The notes under the pieces were generated by a model. That model was not told the origin of the DNA. It searched no databases and saw only the letters and a list, made by a program, of their open reading frames with translations. The position numbers were made by a program, and so were the translations under genes. From Alphaproteobacteria bacterium (lineage in GTDB: Bacteria; Pseudomonadota; Alphaproteobacteria; SHVV01), in NCBI GenBank assembly GCA_965261735.1, contig OZ253470.1:1216001-1280000 (forward strand): a stretch of 64,000 nucleotides of DNA. The letters are read 5' to 3'. Positions 8,641-18,615 of the stretch are shown here, piece by piece. Numbering within the stretch: position 1 is the stretch's first letter; each line of letters starts with the position of its first letter.

Positions 8641-9945
8641 TCAGGCCGCCAGAAACTCCGTCCAGCGCTTTACCAGATAATCGTTCTCGTCCATCAACGA
8701 GTTCCACACGGCGATATTGCTGAAGCGGTCCTGGTAGGAGCCGCCATCGCGGATTTCTCCCTTGGGCACAATGACGGTCCCGAACGGATCGGACAGTTCT
8801 TTGGCGGCGGGTTTCCCGTCGTACCAGTAATCCCACTCCTCGGGTTCCAAGTTCTTCCTCACTGGATCCAGCACCGACATGTAGTACGCCTGACGGGCCA
8901 CAAAGGCGCCCGGCCAGCCGCTCAGCCACCAGTTGATGTATTCGTATGCCGCGTCGAGCTTCGCACCCGTGGCCTTGGCGGAAATGGCCAAGCCGCCATG
9001 CCAGCCGCGCATGCCTTCTTTCGGCGAGGCGTAGATGCATTTTACGCCCTCCGCCTTGATGGCCGTCACCGCCGGAGACCACATGCTTTCAAGAGCCACC
9101 TCGCCGCTCACCATCAGGTTGACCGATTGGCCGAAGCTCTCCCAGAATGCCCGGAAGTGACCCTCCTTTTTCTTCTTGATCAGGAAATCGGCCATGAAAT
9201 CGATCTCCTCCTTGGTCATGTTGCCCTTGTCGCCAAATGTGCGCAGGCCCAGCGCCTCGATCCCCATGGCCGCGTCCATGACACCGATCTGGGGTACGTT
9301 CAAGAGCGCTACGCGACCCTTGAAATCCGGGCTGAACAACTCGGCCCAGGATTCGATTTTCCGCCCGGTCTCATCGGGGTTGTAGCCAATCGAATCCGCG
9401 TTGTGCCAGGCCGGGACCATGGATACGTAACGCGACGGTCCCTGCACCCGATTACCGTCCTCGTCGAGCCAAAGGTGGCGGAACGGGGCGTCGCCCTGCC
9501 CGAGGTTCGAGCTGGGGGTCAGCTTACCGGTCTTTGACAGGTTGGTGACGTTGTCCCACTCCTTGATCCGCCGTGTGTCAATGGGCTGCCACACCTTGGC
9601 TGGAATCATAAAGTCCATATCGTTGTAGTAGCCCTCGGCCACATCATACTGGTCGTTCTGGTTCAGCAATTTGGCCACAAAGGGGCCGTAAACCAGCGCC
9701 TGGCCGCGAACGGCGAAGCCAAGATCCTTCGAGGCTTGGCTCTGGATCTCATTGATGATGCTGACGGCGAGGCCAACGGTGCGTACCGTTTCAGCCCCTT
9801 GGGCGATATGCGGGAAACCGCTGACGAGCGCCCCTGCCGCAACCGCGGTGGCAGTGGTGCCGATAAACTCGCGACGACTTACGCCCTTTTTGGGGGCGCG
9901 CTTCTTTCGATGAGTCTGGCCTGATTTCGCTTTATGCTCGGCCAT
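8641..9945 (-). CDS. PotD/PotF-family substrate-binding protein with Tat signal
   Basis: SRREFIG twin-arginine motif, AQG-A cleavage site, NADSIGYNP, SWAELF, PKEGMRGW; RBS GGAGGAG upstream of ATG 9945. Confidence 0.88.
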   Translation of the reverse strand: MAEHKAKSGQTHRKKRAPKKGVSRREFIGTTATAVAAGALVSGFPHIAQGAETVRTVGLAVSIINEIQSQASKDLGFAVRGQALVYGPFVAKLLNQNDQYDVAEGYYNDMDFMIPAKVWQPIDTRRIKEWDNVTNLSKTGKLTPSSNLGQGDAPFRHLWLDEDGNRVQGPSRYVSMVPAWHNADSIGYNPDETGRKIESWAELFSPDFKGRVALLNVPQIGVMDAAMGIEALGLRTFGDKGNMTKEEIDFMADFLIKKKKEGHFRAFWESFGQSVNLMVSGEVALESMWSPAVTAIKAEGVKCIYASPKEGMRGWHGGLAISAKATGAKLDAAYEYINWWLSGWPGAFVARQAYYMSVLDPVRKNLEPEEWDYWYDGKPAAKELSDPFGTVIVPKGEIRDGGSYQDRFSNIAVWNSLMDENDYLVKRWTEFLAA

Positions 9946-10160
9946 CGATTCTCTCCTCCCGTTGACAACGTGGGTTCCTGTAGAGACGCCCGTTGAAGCT
10001 TGAATAAATCCTAGGGAAGCCGCCTCCAAGAGTCCATCCAAACATCATCGCCGGCGCCAGCAGCGCAGCCGTCAAAGCCTTTGCCTCGCCGCGATAGCCG
10101 CGCGCATACTGGCCGCCGGTCGAGCGCTAGATCGAGGCCGAGACTGCCCGGGAGGATGTC

Positions 10161-11627
10161 GTGACCGTATTGATCAAGAACGGCCGTATTGTGACCGCCG
10201 TCGATGACTACCACGCCGATATTTTTGTCAACGGCTCCACGGTTACCGTGATCGGGAAGAACCTGAACATCGAAGCGGATCGGGTGATCGACGCCTCGGG
10301 GAAGCTCGTCATTCCCGGCGGGGTCGACCCGCACACCCATCTCGACCTACCGTTCGGCGGAACCACGACCTCCGACGACTTCGAGACCGGGACGCGCGCC
10401 GCGGCCTTTGGCGGAACCACGTGCCTCGTGGATTTCGCCGTGCAGTTGAAGGGTACCTCGACGCTGGAGGCGCTCGAGAAATGGCACGAGAAGGCCGCCG
10501 GCAAGACCGCCATCGATTATGGCTTTCACATGATCATCACCGACATGCCGACCCATCGTACGCCAGAAATGAGGCGTCTCGCGGACGAGGGAATCACTAG
10601 CTACAAGCTGTTCATGGCCTATCCCGGTGCCATGCTGTCCGACGACGGCACCATCTTCCGCACGATGCGCAAGGCCGGTGAGGACGGAACCCTCGTGTGC
10701 ATGCACGCCGAGAATGGAATCGTCATCGACGAGCTCGTCAAGATCGCTCTCGCCGAAGGCCACATCGAACCCAAATATCACGCCTTGACCCGGCCGACCC
10801 GTCTCGAGGCCGAGGGAACGCACCGGGCGCTCGCCATCGCCGAGGTCGCGCGCTCGCCCGTCTACATCGTGCACATGAGTTGCCACGATTCGCTCCATGA
10901 GCTTCGCCAAGCCCAGGCCCGCGGGGTCATGGCCCACGGCGAGACCTGCCCGCAATACCTCCTGCTCGACGTCGGCGCCTATGACGAGCCGGGATTCGAC
11001 GGTGCCAAGTACGTGCTGACCCCGCCGCTGCGAGAAAAGTGGAACCAGGACGAACTATGGCGGGGTCTGCGCGGCAACGCCCTCAACGTCATTTCGACCG
11101 ACCATTGTCCGTTCTGCCTACGCGAGCAGAAGGAGCTCGGGCGCGACGATTTCAGCAAGATCCCGAATGGCGGCCCGGGCATCGAAAACCGGATGAGCCT
11201 CATCTATCACCATGGCGTCGGAGCCGGCCGCATCGGCCTCAATCGCTTCGTCGAGCTCACCTCGACCGCCCCGGCCAAGATCTTCGGCCTCTTCCCGAAG
11301 AAGGGAACACTGGCCGTCGGCAGCGACGCCGATATCGTGATCTTCGATCCCGACCGCGAGGAGACGATCAGCTATTACAATGCGGCCACCCACCACATGA
11401 ACATCGATTACAGCGCCTACGAGGGCTTTAAGGTCAAGGGCTACACGGAGACCGTGCTGAGCCGCGGCAAGGTCATCATCGACAAAGGCGAGTATTTGGG
11501 TCGACCGGGAGACGGCATGTTCGTCAAGCGAGGGCCCTACGGCGGCATGTACGCCGCCGCACCGGGTATGGGTGCGCCGCCGGCCGACTCGCGGTGGGAC
11601 ACCAGCGGGCCATCGCGCGCCGCCTGA
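10161..11627 (+). CDS. hydA: Dihydropyrimidinase / D-hydantoinase
   Basis: PGGVDPHTH, SYKLFMAY (carbamylated Lys), MHAENG, IVHMS, STDHCPF, GSDADIVIFDP. Confidence 0.93.
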   Translation: MTVLIKNGRIVTAVDDYHADIFVNGSTVTVIGKNLNIEADRVIDASGKLVIPGGVDPHTHLDLPFGGTTTSDDFETGTRAAAFGGTTCLVDFAVQLKGTSTLEALEKWHEKAAGKTAIDYGFHMIITDMPTHRTPEMRRLADEGITSYKLFMAYPGAMLSDDGTIFRTMRKAGEDGTLVCMHAENGIVIDELVKIALAEGHIEPKYHALTRPTRLEAEGTHRALAIAEVARSPVYIVHMSCHDSLHELRQAQARGVMAHGETCPQYLLLDVGAYDEPGFDGAKYVLTPPLREKWNQDELWRGLRGNALNVISTDHCPFCLREQKELGRDDFSKIPNGGPGIENRMSLIYHHGVGAGRIGLNRFVELTSTAPAKIFGLFPKKGTLAVGSDADIVIFDPDREETISYYNAATHHMNIDYSAYEGFKVKGYTETVLSRGKVIIDKGEYLGRPGDGMFVKRGPYGGMYAAAPGMGAPPADSRWDTSGPSRAA

Positions 11628-11636
11628 GCGGCGGGC

Positions 11637-12104
11637 TCAGGGTTGCTGCGTGGCGGGACGGATGATCTTAAGCAGCCAAAAAATGATGCAAAACACGCCG
11701 GTCAGGATCACCAGCGCGGCGACGGCGCCAAGGCGCTCGCCGAACCCCGCATCGAGGGCGTACTCCTGCCGCAGAAGATGGACGCAGAGGATTTGAACCG
11801 CCTGCAGTGTCGCGCCGCCACTCAGTAGGATCGCGACGAAGGTGGAGCCCCGTAGCGAACTCAGCACCATGGATTCGATGCTGCGCTGCTGCACGATGTG
11901 GACGCGGTAGGCGTGCCAGTGATAGGTACAAAACCCGATGATGCCGATGATCAACGCGACCCAGAAGATCGCATTCTCGAACCTTATTCCATAGACGACC
12001 AGCTTGAACAAGTCCTCAAAGGGCTCGTAAAAATAGAGAAACATCAAGACAACAATGAAAAGCAGGAAGCCCACGAGCGTCCAAAACCATTGCCACCCAG
12101 TCAT
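11637..12104 (-). CDS. Uncharacterised membrane protein (~4 TM)
   Basis: Four hydrophobic segments; co-oriented with the hydantoinase operon. Confidence 0.7.
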   Translation of the reverse strand: MTGWQWFWTLVGFLLFIVVLMFLYFYEPFEDLFKLVVYGIRFENAIFWVALIIGIIGFCTYHWHAYRVHIVQQRSIESMVLSSLRGSTFVAILLSGGATLQAVQILCVHLLRQEYALDAGFGERLGAVAALVILTGVFCIIFWLLKIIRPATQQP

Positions 12105-12253
12105 TGGCCCACCAGCTCGTGGTTCTTCAGGGTAGGGTACGGGTCAAAGGGCAATAAAAGCTCCCACAGCCTTATATCCGATTGCTCTCGCCGAGGGCAA
12201 GCCCCGCCTCGACGACTCTCAGGCTCTATTCGCGCGCGCCCGGCGGGGTCCAC

Positions 12254-13315
12254 TCACGCGGCCGTTTCCGCAGCCGCGACAATAAGAAGGACACCGTAGA
12301 GAACCAGAAATACGGCGTCCTTAACCGCCGGAACGAGCTGTTTTTCCGCCCGATTGACGGCGATTAGGGCGATGGCCTCAAGAACAAAAAAGACTCCCGA
12401 CAAGAAGAAGAACGGCCATATGCTGCGCCACCAGGACAGCTCTTCCGCTTGGGGCACCTCTTGTACCCATCTCGATATCAGCAATAAGAGGGGCAACACC
12501 ATCAAGTAGCCGTACGCCACAAGGAAGCGAAACCGCGTGAGCTTCCGGTCCAGTATCCAGAACGTAAAGAAGAAAAGAACGACGTGGAGAAAATCCCAAA
12601 AGAGCGACGCATATTGATCGCTCTCGGTGACCTGCAACAGGTTGAGGAACCCAAGTAGAAGCAGAAAGACGATGCCGTCGCAGAATAGCCATTCGCGCAC
12701 CGTCTCGCCGGCGCTCTTCATGCTCCAGGCGCGGGTCGCCTTGTCGAACAGCAGCACCACGCCGACCGCCACGCTGGCCGGATAGATTAGATGGAGCATC
12801 AGCGCGTACTGCTGCGCCCTCGGGACGTAGATCCAGTTGAGCAGCAGGAAGGCGAGCCCCAGGGCCAGTAGTCCCAAGAGGCGCGCTCCGGCAGGAGTCT
12901 CGAATTCCGACGGCGTGGCCGGGGTTTCGCCGTCTGCCGCCGCTACCGCTCGCGGCTGCCGAGGCAGGCGGGCGAAAAGAAAGACAACGAAGGCCGCGAG
13001 CCCGACCGCGCCGACGACCGACATTGCAACGATGAAGACGACCGATCGCCGGCCCGTCCGCCAATCCGTTGCCGCCAGCTGCTCTTGCACGCCCGGAAGG
13101 AACTGCCAGAGCGCCAGCAGGACGACGACCAGGAGCAGGATCGCCGCCAATAGGAGCTCGTACCATTGTGGCGTGTATCCGCCGACCGGTCTGCCGGCCT
13201 CCGGCTGCTGTGATCGGCCTAGGTAACGAGTAACGAGGAAAACGAGGAAGGCCGCGACGGCAACCGCCGCGATGGCGATCATGACCTCGAGGAAGGCAAC
13301 CGATCTGCTATCCAC
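12254..13315 (-). CDS. Uncharacterised polytopic membrane protein (~10 TM)
   Basis: Many hydrophobic helices; internal repeat RSVAFLEVMIAIAAVAVAAFLVFL / RSVVFIVAMSVVGAVGLAAFVVFL. Confidence 0.72.
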   Translation of the reverse strand: MDSRSVAFLEVMIAIAAVAVAAFLVFLVTRYLGRSQQPEAGRPVGGYTPQWYELLLAAILLLVVVLLALWQFLPGVQEQLAATDWRTGRRSVVFIVAMSVVGAVGLAAFVVFLFARLPRQPRAVAAADGETPATPSEFETPAGARLLGLLALGLAFLLLNWIYVPRAQQYALMLHLIYPASVAVGVVLLFDKATRAWSMKSAGETVREWLFCDGIVFLLLLGFLNLLQVTESDQYASLFWDFLHVVLFFFTFWILDRKLTRFRFLVAYGYLMVLPLLLLISRWVQEVPQAEELSWWRSIWPFFFLSGVFFVLEAIALIAVNRAEKQLVPAVKDAVFLVLYGVLLIVAAAETAA

Positions 13316-13432
13316 CTTGTACCCGGGGGCTCATGTGAACGCGGCCCTGCGATCCCACGATTGCGGCGGCGCGGCGCAGCCGCACGGTCCGCCGAAAACA
13401 GCCGGCGACACGTGCCAGCGCCCGCATGCGCG

Positions 13433-15673
13433 CTAGCGAGACCGCAATCGCTGGGTCTCCTCCGAATTCAGGGTGTCAGCGACCGGATCGATGGCGACTC
13501 CGTAAACATCTCGGGCGATCTCTATTGTTATGTAGTCGTCCAGATAATCGCCCAGCACCATCGCCGGATCACGCGCTTTAGGATCGCCGTAGCCACCGCC
13601 GGAGGGCGCCGTGATTTGGATCAGATCGCCAGCTTCCATCTTATATCCGGTGACCTTGGAGGGCCAGTTCTGCTCTTCTGCCGTGCCCGGGTTCTTAACG
13701 AGCTTGCCCGTGTGGCCTTCCGTCCCACCGAAGACGCCGTGCGGCTTTTCCAGGTGGCGGTCCGCCTCACACGAGATGTAACCCGGTGCGAGGAACCGGT
13801 TCTCGCGCACGATGCCGATGCCGCCGCGCCACTGGCCGGCGGCCGGAGGATCGGGCCGCAACTCGTAGCGCTCGTTGCGGATCGGATAGTGCATGTCGAG
13901 CTCTTCGACCGGATTGTTGCGCGTGTTGGCCATAAGGTTGTCGACGCTGTCCATGCCGTCCTTGCCGTGTCGGCCGCCGTAACTCCCCTCGTCGACCTCC
14001 AGATAAACCCAGTATTGCTGTTTCTCGGGAATGAACCCGCTGTAGGAGATGAAATAGAGCGACGCGGAATTGCCCCCGGTCGCCCTTTCCGGGATGACCG
14101 GCGACAGCGCGTGAATGACGCAGTCCAGCACCCTCTGAATCTGGGCGAAGCGTGAAAAGCAGGCGCGCGGAAAGTTTGGATTGAAGATCGTGCCCTTGGG
14201 GGCAATGACGTTGACCGGGCGGAAGATGCCCTCGTTTTGCGGGATGAACTCCTCGAAGGTCACTTCGTCCAGCATTAGGGTACGAACGATGTAGTTGCAA
14301 GCGACCACGAGACTGCCCTCGAAGGGCACGTTGAAGCCGGTCTCCACCTCGGCCGCCGACCCGGTGAGGTCGATGGTGATGTCGCTGCCCTTGACACGCA
14401 CGGTGACGTTGACCTTCAGCGGCGTATCGCGGTTTTTCCCGTCGTCATCCAGCCAGCCCTCGGAGTGGTACTCACCGTCGGGAACCTTTTCGATCTCGGC
14501 GCGCAGCATTCTTTCCGAGTAGTCCATCCAATAGTTTGCCGTGCCCATGACGGTGTCCGCGCCGTATTTCCCGACGAGCCGCAGAAAACGCTCGCGTCCG
14601 ATTTCCACCGCCGCGATCATCGCCTCGATATCCGAGGTATCCATGTCGGGGGTGCGCACGTTGTCCTTGAGGAGTTGCCAGACCTCCTCGTTACGGGTTC
14701 CGCGGTCGTACAACTTGATGGCGTTGAAGAGCTTGGACTCGGCGTAGACGTCGACCACGTCGACATTGATGCCGGGGGCGGCGCCGCCCATGTCGAGCAG
14801 GTGCGCGGTGCAGGCGGAGAACCCCAATAGCCCGCCGTCATGAACGATGGGCACGATCACGGCCACGTCGGGCGTATGCGAGGCGCCGTAATAGGGGTGG
14901 TTGTGGATGATGACGTCGCCCTCGTGGATGTTGCCGGCCAACCGTTTCAGGATGCCTCTGATGTACCAGGGAAGAGAACCGATGTGCATCGGCGTGCTCT
15001 CGCTCTCGCAGAGCTCATTCCCTTCCATGTCGAAAATGCCGCAACCCAGGTCCTCCGACTCGCGAATGATGCTCGAGTAGGACATTCGGTAAAGGACGTG
15101 GGCCATCTCCTTGGCGATGGCGTTGAAGGCGCCGCCCACCACGCGAAGCGTGACTGGGTCGAGGTCCTGATATGAAAAGTCGGTAATCTTCGATGGCGCC
15201 GGACGGCCAGTCAGCGCCACCGCGGTCGAAACTGGCTCGGAGTCGGCCTGTCGCAACGCTGGCAGCTGGGGCGCGGGCGCCGGCCGCAGAGCCTCCGCCG
15301 CCGGTTCCGTTGCCTCGGGCGGGGAGGCTACCGGAGCGTCCGTTGTGGCCGGTAGCCCCGGTCGCGGCCGGACCGTGTCCGGCGGCGCGGCGCCCCGCCC
15401 GGTATCGACGAGCGTCATTGCGCACTGGAGGAGGCTGTCGTCGGAGGCGACCTCGAGCTGCTCGCCCAGCGACAGACCACCGCGCCCGTTGGCCGTTCCC
15501 GATTTTCGCACCTGGGCGCCGTCCGCCCGCAGCTCGCCTTCCACTTCCACGCCGTCGCCACGCAGGTGGTGGTTGATAATGTCGAAACTCCAACCGTCGC
15601 CGTAGGCGTCGCGGAGTGCCTTGACGACGGCGGGGACGGTTGTTGGTCCCGTCGTACTTGGCGCGTCATTCAT
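13433..15673 (-). CDS. hyuB: Hydantoinase B / N-methylhydantoinase B subunit with N-terminal Rad52/Rad22-like domain
   Basis: Core from aa ~171: LDPVTLRVV, YSSIIRESED, NHPYYGASHTPD, AHLLDMGG, GQWRGGIG, PSGGGYGDP; ~170-aa N-terminal extension. Confidence 0.9.
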   Translation of the reverse strand: MNDAPSTTGPTTVPAVVKALRDAYGDGWSFDIINHHLRGDGVEVEGELRADGAQVRKSGTANGRGGLSLGEQLEVASDDSLLQCAMTLVDTGRGAAPPDTVRPRPGLPATTDAPVASPPEATEPAAEALRPAPAPQLPALRQADSEPVSTAVALTGRPAPSKITDFSYQDLDPVTLRVVGGAFNAIAKEMAHVLYRMSYSSIIRESEDLGCGIFDMEGNELCESESTPMHIGSLPWYIRGILKRLAGNIHEGDVIIHNHPYYGASHTPDVAVIVPIVHDGGLLGFSACTAHLLDMGGAAPGINVDVVDVYAESKLFNAIKLYDRGTRNEEVWQLLKDNVRTPDMDTSDIEAMIAAVEIGRERFLRLVGKYGADTVMGTANYWMDYSERMLRAEIEKVPDGEYHSEGWLDDDGKNRDTPLKVNVTVRVKGSDITIDLTGSAAEVETGFNVPFEGSLVVACNYIVRTLMLDEVTFEEFIPQNEGIFRPVNVIAPKGTIFNPNFPRACFSRFAQIQRVLDCVIHALSPVIPERATGGNSASLYFISYSGFIPEKQQYWVYLEVDEGSYGGRHGKDGMDSVDNLMANTRNNPVEELDMHYPIRNERYELRPDPPAAGQWRGGIGIVRENRFLAPGYISCEADRHLEKPHGVFGGTEGHTGKLVKNPGTAEEQNWPSKVTGYKMEAGDLIQITAPSGGGYGDPKARDPAMVLGDYLDDYITIEIARDVYGVAIDPVADTLNSEETQRLRSR

Positions 15674-15685
15674 CGCCGGGCCCCG

Positions 15686-17764
15686 TTAGTGCAGTTTGAT
15701 GAGAAGGTTGCCGTGAGAGTCTACCTCCGCAAGCAGCTCCGGCAAAATGAGGGTCGTGGTGTCCGCTTGCTCGACGATGGCGGGCCCCTGGATCACATTG
15801 CCCCTCTTCAGACGCCGCCGGTCGTAGATAGGTGTGGAGACACTCGCGGGGCGCCCGCCGTCATCAAAAACGACGCTGCGACGCGCCGTCAACGCATCGG
15901 CGTCCGGTTCGCGCGAGCCCGCCGGTAGCTCCGCGGTACGAAGCTCCGGGATCTTGCCGAGGCCGATCACCCGGATGTTCACCAGCTCGACGTCCTTGTC
16001 CTCGAAATGCCGGCCATATTCACGTTCATGCGTGCGGTGGAACTCCGCAATCAACTGTTCGATAAAACCAGCGTCCACGTTACCGGCGGGGGCGTCGACC
16101 CGCAGCTCGTATCCCTGCCCGTGATAGCGGCACTCCGCGACCCTCAGGAACATCCGGTCCTGTCGTCCGGTGTTGTCGCTGTCCAGCTGCCTCGCGGCCA
16201 GCTGCTCGAGCTGCGCGTAGTCCTCGGCGATTGGGCCGAGGTCCGGTTTGCTCAGGAGCTGCAGCTGGGTGCGGCTGAAATCGTAGGACAGATCGGTGGC
16301 CAGCAGGCCGAGGGCGGACGTAAGGCCCGGACTAGGTGGCACGATCACCAAGGGAATCGCTAGTTCCAACGCCACCTCGCAGGCCTGTAGGGGCCCGGCC
16401 CCGCCAAACGCCACCAGGGCGAACTCGCGCGGGTCGTACCCCTTGCGCACGCTGTTCATCTCGATCGACTGGATCATGCCGTGGTTGAGGATCTTGATCG
16501 CCCCGAGCGCCGCCTCCTCCACCGACATGGCGAGTTGGGCGCACAGGTGTTTCTCGATACCCTGGCGCGACAGGTCGAACCGGAGCCCCATCTTGCCGCC
16601 GAGGAAGTTGTCCGGATTGAGCCTCCCCAGTACGGCGTTACAATCGGTCGACGTGGGTAGCTCACCCCCTCTGTCATAACAGCAGGGACCGGGTAGCGCC
16701 CCGGCGCTTCTCGGCCCGACTCGAAACACGCCGCCCTTGTCGACATAGGCGATCGAGCCGCCTCCGGCGCCGATGGTGTCGATATCCACCATGGGGACCA
16801 TGGCCTGGTAGTCACCAATCTTCGTGTCGAGCAGATGCTTCATGCTCATCCGGCCGTCGGGCGCCACGCCGATGTCGGCCGAGGTCCCCCCCACGTCCAG
16901 GGTGATCGCATTCTTGTACCCGGCCAGACCGCTGGCCCAGATGCCTCCGATCAACCCGGCGACGGGTCCCGACATCAGCAGCGTCACGGGCCGGCGAGTC
17001 GCGCCCTGAGCAGTGGCAACCCCCCCGTTGGCCTGCATCAGATGCAGGTCCGAACGGAACTGCTCCTGCTTCATGGCGCGGTTCAAATTGTCCACGTAGG
17101 TCGCGGTCTTCGGCCCGACGTAGGCATTGAGACAGGTCGTGGTGAAGCGCTCATATTCCCTGTACTGGGGTATCACCTCGTGACTGAGCGACAGAAACAC
17201 CTCGGGCCATTCCTCGCGGATGATCTCTCCGGCCCGCTTTTCGTGGGCCGGATTGAGGAAGGAGAACATGAAGCAGACCGCGACCGCCTCGACGCCCGCG
17301 CGCTTGAGCTTACGGATGGCCTCGCGCACGCCCTCCTCGTCAAGGGGAACGAGCACCTCGCCATCCGGAGCGATGATGCGCTCCTTGACGGTCAGGCGAT
17401 AACGTCGCCTGACCAACGGATATTTCTGCCAGGGCAGATCCTGCTGGATGCTGAAGTTGTAAGGGCGCTTGTGGCGGGCGATGTGGAGGATGTCCCGGTA
17501 ACCCTCGGTGGTGATGAGCCCCGCCTTCGCTCCGTCGTGTTGCAGGATGATGTTGGTCGCGATGGTGGTGCCGTGGAAGAACTGCTCCACGTCGGAGGGA
17601 GCGACGCCGGCGCTCTCGCAGATCTCTAGTGCCCCGCCAATGGTACCGATCGAGGGGTCATCCGGGGTGGTGGGAACCTTGTTGAGGTCTATCGTCCCCT
17701 TCTCGTCGTTGACGAGTACGAGGTCGGTGAACGTTCCCCCGACATCCACGCCCATCCGAATCAA
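15686..17764 (-). CDS. hyuA: Hydantoinase A / N-methylhydantoinase A subunit (ATP-dependent)
   Basis: GVDVGGTFTD, HGTTIATN, SGPVAG, DVGGTSAD, IGAGGGSI, FGGAGPL. Confidence 0.93.
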   Translation of the reverse strand: MIRMGVDVGGTFTDLVLVNDEKGTIDLNKVPTTPDDPSIGTIGGALEICESAGVAPSDVEQFFHGTTIATNIILQHDGAKAGLITTEGYRDILHIARHKRPYNFSIQQDLPWQKYPLVRRRYRLTVKERIIAPDGEVLVPLDEEGVREAIRKLKRAGVEAVAVCFMFSFLNPAHEKRAGEIIREEWPEVFLSLSHEVIPQYREYERFTTTCLNAYVGPKTATYVDNLNRAMKQEQFRSDLHLMQANGGVATAQGATRRPVTLLMSGPVAGLIGGIWASGLAGYKNAITLDVGGTSADIGVAPDGRMSMKHLLDTKIGDYQAMVPMVDIDTIGAGGGSIAYVDKGGVFRVGPRSAGALPGPCCYDRGGELPTSTDCNAVLGRLNPDNFLGGKMGLRFDLSRQGIEKHLCAQLAMSVEEAALGAIKILNHGMIQSIEMNSVRKGYDPREFALVAFGGAGPLQACEVALELAIPLVIVPPSPGLTSALGLLATDLSYDFSRTQLQLLSKPDLGPIAEDYAQLEQLAARQLDSDNTGRQDRMFLRVAECRYHGQGYELRVDAPAGNVDAGFIEQLIAEFHRTHEREYGRHFEDKDVELVNIRVIGLGKIPELRTAELPAGSREPDADALTARRSVVFDDGGRPASVSTPIYDRRRLKRGNVIQGPAIVEQADTTTLILPELLAEVDSHGNLLIKLH

Positions 17765-17818
17765 GTCAAGCCCCCGTTCGCCTGTAACGGTGCATGCGCA
17801 GTCGGCGCCGTCGCGGAT

Positions 17819-18505
17819 TCAAGCACCGGTTTCCACCTTGGCCTGACCGAGGTAGTCGAGCACCCGCTCGAGGGGCTCCACGTCGCCGAACTTCGCGTCA
17901 ATGTCGAAGAGGTTCCAGTCGACGACGCCGGCCACCCGGTCGCCCACCGCCTCGCGGACGACAATCGGCCGGAACCCCTCGGCGATCGCATCTTCGGTCG
18001 TGTGGCGGACGCACGCGCTGACGGTCGTACCGGTGATGATGACCGTATCCACCCCGGCCGCCCTCAGGAAGCCGGCGAGATAGGTGCCGTGAAAGGCGCT
18101 GGCCCGCTTCTTGACGATAACATGCTCGCCGGCCTGCGGCGCGATGCGCTCGTCGATGGCAACGCCCTCGGTGCCGAGCTTCAAGACGGCCAGCGGAATC
18201 TTGAGATGCCACAGGCCCATGTCGGTATTCGGCCCTTCGGTGACGGCATAGGCGGTGGTCGTGTAGACGATGGGAATGCGCTTGGCGCGCGCCGCCGCCA
18301 GCAGCTTCTGGACGCTCGGAATGATCACGTCCATGCCGTCGCAACTGAACGCGTTGCCGGGGCGCGTCCAGGCGTTCGCGAGATCGATATTGATGAGCGC
18401 GGGCCATTCGCCAAAGCCAATTCGGCGCTGGAATCCCCGCTTCTTGTAGAGGTCGGAATCGGCGGAGAAGACCCGGCTCAGGGCCTTGCTAAGCTCTTCG
18501 TCCAT
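17819..18505 (-). CDS. N-carbamoylsarcosine amidohydrolase (isochorismatase family)
   Basis: RGFQRRIGFG, IDLANAWTRPG, DMGLW, KKRASAF, ACVRHT.EDAI, GDRVAGVVDWNLFDIDAKFGDVE closely resemble the Arthrobacter CSHase as recalled; Asp-Lys-Cys triad present. Confidence 0.85.
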   Translation of the reverse strand: MDEELSKALSRVFSADSDLYKKRGFQRRIGFGEWPALINIDLANAWTRPGNAFSCDGMDVIIPSVQKLLAAARAKRIPIVYTTTAYAVTEGPNTDMGLWHLKIPLAVLKLGTEGVAIDERIAPQAGEHVIVKKRASAFHGTYLAGFLRAAGVDTVIITGTTVSACVRHTTEDAIAEGFRPIVVREAVGDRVAGVVDWNLFDIDAKFGDVEPLERVLDYLGQAKVETGA

Positions 18506-18615
18506 AGTGAAACGAAGCTACCACCGACCAATCGGGGTGTCGATTTGGATTTGCGAGCCGTGGTACGGGGAGTTGTCGGGGCGGCCCGGTGGCCGCAACC
18601 GCGTTCGGCCTTGCC

